From NCBI GenBank assembly GCA_964016885.1, contig OZ024746.1:69130001-69194000 (forward strand): a stretch of DNA of 64,000 nt, given 5' to 3'. The translations under genes and the position numbers were made by a program. This document shows, in pieces, positions 39,132 to 51,700 of the stretch. The number at the start of each line of letters is the position of its first letter. Positions within the stretch are counted from its first letter, which is position 1. The stretch comes from Eledone cirrhosa (taxonomy: Eukaryota). A model generated the notes under the pieces. It was not told where the DNA came from. It worked only from the letters and a program-made list of their open reading frames with translations, and searched no databases.

Positions 39132-40580
39132 ATAAAACTGATAGATCAGGTTATGAAAGTGGCAGAAAGGATTTTAGCACAACTAATTAGAGAAAGGGTC
39201 AAACTATGAGATGCAGTTTGGTTTTGTGCCTGGGAAGAGTACAACAGATACCCTCTTCTTGGTGAGACAATTGCAAGAGAGGTTCTTAGAGAAGAATAAG
39301 CCACTATACTTGGCCTTTGTTGACCTAGAGAAGGCTTTTGATAGGGTACCCCGATCTGTCATCTGGTGGTCCCTAAGGAAGCTAGGTGTTGAGGAATGGC
39401 TTGTGAGGACAGTGCAAACTTTGTACAGAGGTACTCTCAGTAAAGTCAGGGTAGGAATGGAGTTTAGTGAGGAATTCCAGATACAAGTAGGAGTACATCA
39501 GGGTTCGGTCCTCAGCCCGCTCTTGTTCATTATAGTCCTCTAAGCCATAACAGAGGAGTTTAAGACTGGCTGCCCATGGGAACTTCTCTATGCTGACGAT
39601 CTGGTTCTTATAGCAGAATCAGTAGAGGAGCTAGAGAATAAATTCTGGCTATGGAAACAGCAGTTGGAAGCAAGAGGACTGAGAGTGAATCTAGCTAAGA
39701 CAAAAGTGTTGATGAGTAGAAAAGAGGACAAAACCCCGATTCCGTCAGGGAAATGGCCATGTTCAATATGCAGAAAAGGAACTGGCATAAATTCTATAAA
39801 ATGCACACAATGCAGATCCTGGGTACACAAGAGATGTAGCGGGATAGCAGGCAAACTAACAGGTAGGGAGAAATATGTATGCAGTAGATGTACAGGGAAA
39901 TTAGACAGTAGAAGTCGCACTGATAGACATATTTTTCAAATGCAAGAGGGCGCTATAGAAGTGGTGGATAGCTTCCGGTACCTAGGAGATCAGATTAGCA
40001 TGGGAGGAGGGTGTTCCGAGGCCATAGTATCTAGAATAAGGACAGGTTGGAAGAAGTTTAGGGAGCTGCTTCCTCTGTTGACGAAGAAGGGTTTCTCCCT
40101 GCGTACAAAAGGCCGGTTGTATGATGCCTGTGTGAGGAGCGCGATGCTGCATGGTAGTGAGACATGGGCAGCAACTGCAGAGGATATGCAACGGCTGGAG
40201 AGAAATGAGGCAAGCATGCTCCGTTGGATGTGCAGTGTAAATGTGCGTGAACGACCCAGCATAAATGTGTTGAGAGAGAAACTGTGTCTGAAAGGGATAG
40301 TATGTAGTGTACGGGAGAGGAGACTGAGGTGGTATGGACATGTGATGCGCATGGAGGATGACCGATGGGTGAAGAAGTGCCAGGAATTGCCAGTTGAAGG
40401 AAGACCTGGTAGAGGTAGACCACGAAAAACATGGGCGGAGGTGGTGAGAACAGACCTCAGATCATTGAAGCTCACGGTGGAGATGACGAGGGACCGTGAT
40501 GAGTGGAGAGATGCTGTGCTGAATAAGACCCGTCCCACCCTTGCAAGCAGGGAAAAGCGGACGTAAAATGATGATGATGA
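39132..40580 (+). mobile_element. 5'-truncated RTE-clade LINE with RT and Cys-rich (PHD-like) finger; pseudogenised
   Basis: MQFGFVPGKSTTD, AFVDLEKAFDRV, GVHQGSVLSPLLF, LLYADDL, RRLRWYGHVMR, RGRPRKTW; frameshift at about 39206, stop at 39541; (GAT)n tail directly after the stop codon. Confidence 0.95.
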
Positions 40581-41044
40581 AAATACATCCACTTATTAAA
40601 CATTAGTATTGCTACGATCAAAAACACTACTTTATAAATTTCAGGTTGTCTCTCCTATCCATTCTAATTCTCTGCAGTTTCAATAAGTCTTTTAATTTTT
40701 TTTCATACCGGCAGTTGTAAAACATGTATAGATGTAATAAATAAACATTCTAGTTTCAATTTCCAATATTCTTTTCATTAACTTTCAGATCTATCCAACA
40801 TTCAATCATCACAATTGGATTGGTCCCAGTAGAAGAAGATTTCGATATGAATAAGGCAAATTCATCAAAATGAAATCAGCCAATACTATTTACCTATTTA
40901 ACATCACAGCCAACGATAAGAAAGGCTAGCATACAGGTTTTATTATGGCTATATAATCTACTTTCAGAAAATATAATATGACAACATCAGCTTAATACTG
41001 AGACCCAATTTTAAAAAGTAATAATTATTAATAATAATAATGAT

Positions 41045-44000
41045 TTCTTTATTAGCCACAAGGGCTGACATTAAGAAAAACATTACAGACGGCACAGGAC
41101 AGTACGATGTTGGTTTTGTGCGTGTAAAGATTTTTATTATTTATATAAGAAACGAAAAAGAAAAAAAAGACATAGAAACATATATATATATAATATATAA
41201 ACAATAAAAATGAAAATTCAAATGAAAAATTCCCCAGTAGGGGGAAAACCTCCGAGGGTTACTCGTGGCGAAAACCACACAAAAGACCACGGCCACCCTG
41301 ACCACCAGGGCAAGCGCCCTCTCACAATTTTTCCATTTCTCAAACTACAGACGTATATTCAGAGCGGTCCCGTTCACTCGGACCATTCTCGCTACATTCA
41401 CCCACCTTTCAACAAACTTGCTAGAAGGCAGCACTTGCCTCTCCACCCTGATTTTCCTCTTCAAGTGAAACTTGAAAAAGTTAATCAGGGATTCGCCGAA
41501 GAGGAAAGTGTCTGTCTTTAACCCTTTCAACTTTGTCCACCACACAATCTCTTTCGCCATAGCCACCAGGCAGATGAAAACTGCCTGCCCTTCCTCTTCG
41601 AAGGAAGACAGCGAGACCATCTGCACATTGGACTAAGTCGATAACTGGATCGGTCCTACATGCGATAGCAATTGTTCAACATAGGTCCACAAGTCAGCAA
41701 TGCTCGGGCACTGAACGAGTGCGTACACGACGGTTTCGTCGCTCTGCGCGCATCTCAGACAGGCTCGGCTGACGGCACTTCCGTGCCTGTAGAGTTTATC
41801 TCAAACTGGCAACGCTCCTCAGTAGCACTGCCAGGCCAGGAATTTTTGAAAGTTATCCATAGGCCCTGGGCTGAAAGTTCTCCGGAAGAGAGCAAACAGC
41901 TGATCTTCTTCGACGCCCAGGATCCCTCCGAAAACGTCACTCTTCCCCTCCACTAGTCCTCTATAGAACGCTGAGGTGGATGTTCCACCGATACTGGTGC
42001 CCAGCTGGCAGAGGGCGGTTAGCGCCTGGAGACATTCCAGTTTCCAAGCGCTATCCCTCAATCTTTTCCTGACTAAGGACTGCAGCTCCGTCAAGGAGAC
42101 GAGCTGTGGGAAAACGTGCCTGGCGAACGGGGACCACACCTGTTCACCGTCAAGGAAGCACCAGAGGTGTCACAGCCTCAGCGCATGTTTGCGCATCATC
42201 AGCCATGGTATGCCCAGTCCTCCATGCAACGGGTGTTGACAGCAGATGGATCGTCTGACCATGGGAGTGCGTCCCTTCCACAAGTGCTCCATTTTGGTGA
42301 GAGTTGGACCGGGGCAAGAGACAACAGTGAGGCGGTAGCAGATGATGGATGCGATGTACGCATTCGCCACCTCCGCCCGGCCTTTCAGGGACAGCTTCCT
42401 TTCGGCCCATTTCTGGGTGAGGGAGGCCACCCTGCTCGTCAGCTCGCTCCAGTTTTTCTCCATCTGGAGGTCCGGTCCGAACCAGACCTCAAGCAATTTA
42501 ACCAATCCGTCCGTCCAACGCCCCATAACGCTGTCGGACGGCATGGACTTGCCTCTCCAGGTGCCGAGCTGCAAGCCCACTGACTTTTCCTGGCTTATCT
42601 TTGCTCCTGTCACCACTTCGTATTCCTTGAGAGCGGTGTCGAGCATCTGGACGTGTCTGGTGCTCGACACCACAACGGTGACGTCGTCGGCGTAAGCCGA
42701 CTCAGATTTCCCGAATCCTAGTTCGTGTGGGACGCGCCTCATCGCCCCCAGTTTGTGCAGTAACGACTCAAGGGTCAATACGTACAAGAAGGACGAGAGG
42801 GGACAACTCTGGCGGACCGAGCGTATGATGCTGAACGGCTGTGACAGGTGACCGTTTACCCTCACAACCGAGCAGATGTTGCTGTACATCGCAGCGATCC
42901 AACCCCTGAAAACGGGCCCGAAACCGGCTGCCTCGAGGGCCGCCACCAGGTACTGATGGTCGACCCTATCGAATGCTTTGGATTGATCTAAGTTGATCCA
43001 GGCCCCACCCGTGCCAGGTCCCTTAACCACCCTCTCTACGATGTATCGCATGAGGTCGAGGTTGTCGCGTATGGTTCTGTCTGGAATGGCGCATATCTGC
43101 GCCTCTCCCACCAGCGCCAACCTCGTTGCTAACACCTTGGCCAAAATCTTGAACTCTGCGTTTAGCAGAGTTATGGGCCTGAAGTTATCGATACCATCAC
43201 CCTTGTTCGGGTCTTTTCTCAGCAGCACCACCACTCACAAAACTGGGAATGCTCCCGTTCTGCTGCCAGTTGCAGTAGACATCTGCCAAGAGGTCACCGA
43301 ACAAGTCTGGCATAAATGCATAAAGCTCGTAGGGCAGACCATCCAAACCTGGCGATTTGCCCCTCGTGCAGTTAGCCATCGCTCCCCGTATTTCACCAGC
43401 TGTTATTGGTTTTTCACAGCACTGCACTGCAGTCGTCGAGAGCCGAGGCATGCACTGAAGTCCATACCCCGATCCGGCCCGCCGCCGCTCCCGAACAGTT
43501 CAGCAAAGTGCTGCTGAAAAGCCTCACACATCTGCTCGGGTTCGAGCAACACACACCCGTTTTGGTCAGACAAAGACAGAATTGTGACTTTGTTGCCACG
43601 TCGCGCCTCTTCCACCCGGGCCCATTGGACGGCTTTCGTCCCCTTGTGTTTCAGAGCACGTGCTCTAGCTCTGACAACGCAGCCTTCGTGTTTTGCGTTG
43701 AAGAATTGGTCGAGTGCCAATCTCGCCGCAAGCACGTCGGTTGCGATCTAAATGCCTCTTCTAGCTTTCTGACTAGCTCTCCCTCTACTCTATTTTCCTC
43801 TATCGCTACTCCTTTGCTAAATCTAATGGACTCTACTTTAATTGCCCTTTTCAGGGCAAACCACACACCTGTTGTTGACGACCGCTTAACTAATACGCTA
43901 ATCCGGTCTCTGTAGGCTTTGTGCGCCGGGAAAGACTCGTTCAGCTTCCAGTAACCGGGTCCTTGTCTATGTCGATCTCACAGATCACAAATTTGTGGTC

Positions 44001-46887
44001 CGTGTAGTCGACTATTTTAAATTGTGGACAACCTATACTAGCCTTATCTAGTTCCCTGCAGAATACCCTATCTAGATACGATCTGGATGACCCGATGCGG
44101 TTTGTCCATGTCCAGATTGGCACATTCGGGTGATCCAGTTAATACCTGTCAGACAGTTCAAAACGTGAGCAGCTTGGTGAGGCTCTTGCACCCTCTTCCC
44201 CTATCCACTAGCCCCACACGATCCCAGCGTGCATCCAAGATACCGCTCCAGTCGCCCACTAACACTAAAGAGCGGGACGTTCCCAGAAAGGTCTCTAGAT
44301 GTCTGAAGAAATCTGGCCGTACTGCCCCTGTCGGGGCATAGACGGCTACTAGCCTGAAAGCGTTGCTTTCGGTGCCGTTCACGTCCAACACCACCGACTT
44401 ACCTTCTGGGTCCAGGAAGATGGTCCGTATGGCGAGACCCAAGCCTTTCCAAAATAACACAGCCACTCCGCCTCCCACTCCTGGACGGCTCGGAGATGCG
44501 TACACGTCGTAACCGTCGAAGATCGGTGCAAAAGCTTGTGTTTTGGAAATTTTCGTCTCACTGATGGCCACCACATCTATGTTCAGTGACCTGAGGTCGT
44601 TAAGCAAGTGACCCTGCTTCCAAACCAAGCTCAAGCCACGCACGTTTACACTTCCGATCCTGAATACGACCATGTTGGGTGAGGAACGAGGCAAGTGAGA
44701 AAGGATCACTTACCTTGATCGTTTGGTGAAGAGACCATTGAACCGTCCCTTCACCTGGTCGTCGACTCTTCTGTGAGTATATCCGAGTATACTCTCCGGT
44801 TGAGTGTCCCTCCTAGATCTCTGAAATCACCAACTGCATTGGGGAATTTCATTTTAATGTTAGTGTATTCTTTCTGTGATATTCTTACCAGTCTTATGTT
44901 TGTTGGTATTTTGATTGGTGCTGGTATTATGTAGTCGTGCTGTGAAATGTCTGTGTGTTCAATTATGTAGGTCATTAGTTTCTTGTTGTGTATATTTATT
45001 GCTGAACAATTCTTTTTTTGGTGGGTGGGGTGTGGTTTTGCTGTTTTCTTGTCGTTGTTGCTGGGTGTGTGTGTGTTTTGTTGTTGTTTGCTAGTGTTGT
45101 TGAAGGTGTTGTTGCCAGTGGTGATGGTAGAGCTAGTGTGGGTGGTGATGGTGTTGGTGGTGTTGCTGCTGTAAGTCTCTTTGCAGTAGCCTTTACCCTG
45201 TTTCATCTCTTCCCTCCCTTTTCGAAGTCTACGATGTGCTGCTTCTGCACTTGTGCCTTCTTGCGACCTTTTGCCATCCCTCTCCCACCTCACACTCCAT
45301 GTCTGATTCTGTGAGGTCGGGGAGGGGTACCAGCTCCACTCTTTCACTTGTTTTTGTTGGTGATGGTTGCAGTGGAGTCTCTGTTGCAGCTGCAGTTGGT
45401 ATTACTGTTGTTGATACAACCACTGCTGCTGTTCTTGATTTCCATGGCATGGGTATGGGTGCCACGGACCTATCCTTCCTGCTTGTCGCCTGTCCTGTTG
45501 CTGGTAGTTGTGGAGCCGGTTTCGGAAGGGGGGGGGGGGGGGTTCTCCTTTCTCAGGGTCTTCTCATTGAAGAAGGCCCTGAGGTGAGTCTTCGACCCAC
45601 AGCGAAAGAATTTCGGGTGTTTGCCTTCAACACTTATGGGAAGTTGAGTGCTGTTATCGAAGTCTATCACATCCGGGATAGCTTTGATACACTCCTGGCC
45701 GGTTTGAATTAAAATCTCAATAGAGGCGCCGACCCAATCTTCTCATACTTTTTTCTGTACTTGCAGTACGGTTGTTTTGTCCTTGATTCCGACAAGGACA
45801 GACGCAGCCAGCCAAGAAGGGGCCATCCCAGGGGTAGGGGGGACTTGGGTCAGTTTGACCCTCACAATTTTTTGCCTGCAGTAGGAGGGCACCAACACTA
45901 TTTTTTCGCTCCTTAGGGTCAATAAGGATTGAGCCTTTGCCTCCTGTGGTGTGACAAAAAGCATGTCCACGGTGGCATATTTCTTGCCTCGGGTGATATG
46001 CGTTTTCCACTGCCACACAGACCCTAAGGCTTTTTGTATTTGAGCCTCTGTGGCTCTTTCAACCCTACATGATTTCGTGCTTACTGTACGGTACGTGACC
46101 GTACAGTGCTGTTGGATTTTGAAAAAATTTTCGGCTGCCTTGCAGATTACTCGGTGTCCGGTTTTCGTCACCATCTTCCTTGCTTCCTGTAATTCTTTGT
46201 TTGTTATAAGGATGGTTTCCAGGTTCTATGCGATACCTGCAAACGAGATTGGTTTTTCTTTCTTGTTGTTGTTGTTGTTGTCGTCAGAGCTGCTGTTACT
46301 ATGACTGCTGCCGTTGTTGTTTATGCTGCTGCTGATGTTACGGCTGCTACTAGTATTTTTCTCGCCACTGTTGCTTCTACTGTTGTTCTTCATGATGTCA
46401 GACAAATGAAATGGCTTTCCGTATTTACCGCACACATCTTTCGTCGTCATCGTCGTGGAGAAATGTTCCACGGCACGCGCGTTCTCTTGATGAAGAACGC
46501 TACAAGAAACTACATTTTTCTTTTTCTTTAATGGCGTCGCTTGCAAAAGAGGCGACACCACATTTAGAGAAGGGAGGGAGAGAGACAATCTTTTCTCTGA
46601 CCTAATGACGATTGGGGAAGAAGACGGAAAGAGCGGGAGTGACTTGTGTAGCCATGTTTTTTTACGGTTTGTTGTTTTTTAAAATGAATATCGGGCACAA
46701 ATCCCCAATAACTGGTTATTTAACTCCGAAGGGCCAAATAACAGGCAGAAAGACCCCTCTCACGAGGAGGAGGGTGTCTTTATCTACAATTTGGTGCAAG
46801 TTTTAAACAATTTACAATTGTTGCAACGGTTAAAAATTACAATACCTTACAGAGCCGAGCCTCCATCAACCATGGCATTCAGTAACC
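41045..46887 (-). mobile_element. Near-full-length Tx1/L1-clade LINE (ORF1 + APE-RT ORF2), inactivated by frameshifts
   Basis: ORF1 remnants include a degenerate zinc knuckle (xFRCGSKTHLRAF). ORF2 has APE (IGSVNVRGL, VAVYAP, SYLDRVF), RT (NFRPITLLNAEFKILAKVLA, DQSKAFDRVDH, AYADD) and a C-terminal CxxC..H..C motif. AATAAA near the 3' end; (AAT)n on both flanks. Confidence 0.93.
41345..44673 (-). pseudogene. LINE ORF2 (AP endonuclease + reverse transcriptase), fragmented
   Basis: ORF-track fragments 44158-44709, 43403-43735, 43197-43451, 42170-43234 and 41345-41626 tile one L1/Tx1-type polyprotein (GKSPGLDGLPYELY motif). Confidence 0.92.
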
Positions 46888-48690
46888 AATAATAATAATA
46901 ATAATAATTTAAAAAAATCATGAATTCTAAGTATAAAAAAGAAAATAAATTGAAATTATCAACTATATTTTAAAACTAGGTAATATTAAATATTAACACA
47001 GTTTGTTCTGTCCTTTCATTGAACTTATTAAACATTAGTATTGCTACAATCACTTACATGTATATAAAGTGAAATAAGAATTATTCTTTAAAAAAATTGT
47101 AATCCTGAAAAAATTTTGAAATATATAAAAGGTAAAAAGAAGAAAAAACGCCCCAAAGAGCTAGAAGCTAAAAAAAACCTCATATCTCTCTAAATCTTTA
47201 TTTGAATAGAAAAAGACATCTCTTTCTGACAGAGAATGATAAAATGTTATGAAGTGTAGCTTCAAATTGAAGCAACATGATTATGAATGAGTATTAGTAG
47301 CTGGGTTTTCAGTTTTGTTAATATATTAAATCTATTAAACCATTATACAAATGTGGGCTGAAGGGCTCAAGAGAGGTAGAGTCTTTCATCCACTGTACAC
47401 AGCTTCCAAAAGAAAAAGTCATATTGCAGTCAAAGCTTCTTTCTTTGACTCAATAAGTACCAAGCTTGCTCCAAATTAAAACCTGTACAAGGAGGGTTTG
47501 CTATGTAGACCTATGTGGATCTAAAGGGACAATCCTTAATATTAATAACTGTAACTTATCTAAGTCTTCAACAGTGATTTTATTAACACTGGTGGATGAA
47601 GGCCCTTTGTCAAGTAAACTCTGATAGACTGGACACTTGGTAGTACACTACAGCAGAACACATCTCATTGTAGCAACACCTATCTGCCTTGAGACCAACT
47701 GTTGGCAGTGTAGATGGTGTGAATCCCATCACCATTTAACTCACAATGTACTGTACCATATGAAACCACATTAGCAAGATATTACTGAAAATCACCCAAA
47801 ACAGCACTGTAACATTGCATCATATTAAACAACTTAGTCTTTATTTTAATACTTTTTTTTATATAGATATAAATTGCAGACCTTATGCCTTTAAAAGCTA
47901 AATACTAACTACACTCACCAACCATTCAGACCAAATATTCTACAAGCCAACATAGTTGCTTGACCTGCAACAAAATCTCCCACAAATCACACTGAAAAAG
48001 GGAAATGTATTCTTTATACCCCTACAAAGACAGGATAGTCATAACAGGAATGCTTTGATCATAGGTTAACTTGATCAGGGTTTAACTCTAGCTAGCCAAC
48101 AAATATAAATACTGATAATAAATTTAGATACACAAATCCAAATAATTATTAACGAAAATAAATAAATAGATTTTAATTACTTCATTATATTAAGAATTTA
48201 AAAAGTACATTAAAGTGTTGATATCAGTTATCAACAATAAGAAAAGCTCAATTATTATATAATATATTTACTAAACTAGATACGGAGTAGTCTTTTTAAT
48301 GGGTTTTGTTTTCTTCTTTATTTTTACATTTTGTTTTTCCATGCTAAGACTAGTTTTTGAAAATAGGGAATATTTCATGTCAAAATGAGGTTTTGTTTTG
48401 GAAACCAATAGTGGAGAACTTTCAATTCAGCGAATGTGTTTCAAATTGAAAATATATAAATAAATACATGCACTTTAATACCAGCACCTGGCTATTGAGT
48501 GCTTTTAGTAGAGCAAGAATACAAAGCTACTTCTTCGTGCAACAAATCAAGTTCAAGAATATGTTTCGGAAAACGCTTAAAATAAAAGTACGCCTCGGAT
48601 ATTCTTTGATTGTATTCTGTTATTGGTTTCGGTCATTGCCCTGCAACTACTCTCTCATAGTATCAGCCAATCAATGTGGTAGAGCCTGTG

Positions 48691-48768
48691 GCAGTGAAGA
48701 CTTCCAGCGTTTCAATAGCAGTGAAGACTTCCAGTATTTCAACAGCAGTGAAGACTTCCAGCGTTTCA
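48691..48768. repeat. 27-bp tandem repeat, 3 copies
   Basis: GCAGTGAAGACTTCCAG(CG/TA)TTTCAA(T/C)A x about 2.9. Confidence 0.95.
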
Positions 48769-51700
48769 CCTCTTTCTGTTCAAACCGGCCCCTCATACCA
48801 ACTTTTAAGGTATTGTTCTCAAAATAAATAATATCAAACTTCATAGATTCGATATTATGTGAGATAATTATGTGAGGTAATAAAGCCTTTACCATGAAAA
48901 TACAATAGTAAATATAGAGTAATGTAAATGATAAAGGGTTAAGATGTAATATTCATTAAACAGTCTTCTAACACCAATAAATAGTGATTTTTACTGTGTA
49001 TATTTGTAAATAAAATTACTGTAAGTAAAAAAAATTCTTCAATAACATTTCATAAAACTAGAATACAAAAGATGAAATACAGACATATAACAAATAACAT
49101 ACATATATTTCAAATTAAAAATCTATAATCAAAATAGTTTTTGAAAAAAGATTTCTTGTTTTAACAACTACTGGTCTTTCTCTGGAACTCAACACAAATA
49201 GCAAAGATTATCTGAAAATGTGTTTAAATAACAATGAAAAGGCTTGTGAAAAATAGTAATAAAAACAAAATATATATATATAAGCATTTACAACGGAAGC
49301 AATGAGAAGCTTGGTGAAATATTGCAACTTTCCATAGGAAAACAGCGATAACAGACACACACAGATACACAGCTTATGAGGCCAGGAGTATTATCCCACA
49401 AAATTGATATCATATTTTAAAGAGTTATGTTGTTATAGAAATTAGGTTTTCTTACATTATTGGGAATAAATAAATTAGAAAAAGAAAAACTAAAAATCCT
49501 CATAGGAACTGCAATTAATTGATTAAGATTAAATTTATTTGTAAATTATACAATATCTTTCTAATTAGTGATATATATTTAAAATTATTAAACAAAATGA
49601 AAATTTGTAGGAAAACATGGATTTGGATTGCAGTAATTTCAAAATGATCAGTCTTTGTGAAACTAGTAGCACAGGTAGGAGATAGGATTAATTTTGGTGT
49701 CAAGTTATATATAAACTACTCTTAAAGTTAGGTCATCATCAACAGGAGAAATTAAATAGTTGAAACTGGAACTGTTTCACTACCTTTTCAGGTGTCGCAG
49801 TTGTTTACAGAACAATCTACTTATAAAATTAACATGAAAATGGCTGAGTGTCCACAGACATGTGTATGTACCCATAATTTAATTCTCAGAGAAGATTCAA
49901 TGTCTGATAGAATTAGCTATTTGAATTACAGGCAGAACTCATTTTTTTCTAGCTGAATGACAATGTGCCACCAGGAAGTGAACTCGTGACTTTACAACCA
50001 TGAGCTGAACATGAAATTATAATGGAAGGTTTTTAGATAAATATAAACACTTCAAAACAAACAGTTTTATATCATCAAAGCAGGGGTTATTTCAGCTGGT
50101 TTGGCATCACTAACAACATGAAATTGTTGTTAAGTTTCCTAATTTGATATCTAAAGTTTACAAATGAATCTGAAAGTGATATATTATGAAATACAGTTTG
50201 AAAACTTTTAAACATTCAAGTTGAATAACAATATTAAAAATTTACTGAAATAAAATACTTTCAGTCTTTTACTATGGCAAACTAATTTCTTACACAGATA
50301 TTAAATGTTTCACTATTTCATAGTTGTACTTGTTTTGATACTCTTTGTTGAAACTAAAGCAATTACATCATGGAAGAATCAGTTTTGCAATAAAACACTC
50401 AAACAAATTTGTATGTATGAAGCTGGAGCACCATAAGTCAATACAACATTTCCAGGGCATTTTTAAAACCTGGCGGAGCCCATCTCCTTTCCACATTGAA
50501 ATACAGGAGATTTCTTCTGGAGAAGGATAGAGAGGGAGATAATGTAAGTGAGAAAGAGATATAGAGGAATAATCGACCCCAGTACTAGACTGGTACTTTT
50601 TTATCGACCTTGAATGGATGAAAGGCAAAATTGGCCTTGGCAGGATTTGAACTCAGAGAGCAAAGAGCCAAAACGAATACCACAAATCATTCTATCTGAC
50701 ATTCTAACGACTTTGCCAATTCGCCATCTTTTGCTTACACACACATACACAAAACTATTATATTTACTCAGTTGCAATGTCCATGCTGAAGAAGGTGCAA
50801 CAAATGTTTCTGATACCACAAAATAGATGAAAAATGAATATACTAAATTTTGTGTCTGACTCTTCCAGAATGTAATTGTGTTATTTTCATTATTACAATT
50901 ATTAAAAAGCTCTTTATAATTTATCACATTCTCATTACCAAATGATATTGGAAATTAATTGAATGGTTTAATAACCTGGGTGATAAACCCCAAATAATGA
51001 TTTCAAACTACTTAATTTATGTTTTATGTATACCACTAAACTATTAGTTTTCAAAAATGAAAATCAAATTCATGTTTAATTTTAGAAGTCTGTCACTACA
51101 AATAGTTACCAAACAACAGTTTGTTTTTGTTTAAATGCTTATCTGTATCAATGAAGTTTGGGTAACCAAGTTCATTTGGGGTACTAACCAGTTTTCTATC
51201 TATATCCAACACAGTCTTGTTTACTTACTTTAATGGTACATTTTTTAGGCTGAACTTTATCAGATGAAAGTCCATTTGTTAATGATTGCTGAATCTAAAT
51301 ATATATATACATATATGTTTTTTTTATGTACTTGGAATTAAAGTTTTTACACTGGCTAAAAAGGTAAGAGTTCATCACGTATCATCACTGGCATTTGTCT
51401 AAAAAAAAGTCTAAAGTCTGTCTCAAGCACGGAGGCTCATTAGGCTGGTGCTTATCTCAGTTTTTTTAGCATTGAGCAACTAAAAGTACAAGACACCCAG
51501 ACCTCTCTCGACAGGACACCAGTCCATTGCAGAGTTAACCCAAAAGTTACTACTGTGTTTTACTGTGTATTTGGGCAACACAATTCTATATATCCTAGTT
51601 CACTCAGATGTGAGTGAAGTAGGCTAGCATCTTATCCAAAGAGAGCTTTATCTTTCATCTGTTTAAGAGCAGAAGATCTAATCCACTGCCTAGTTTAATA

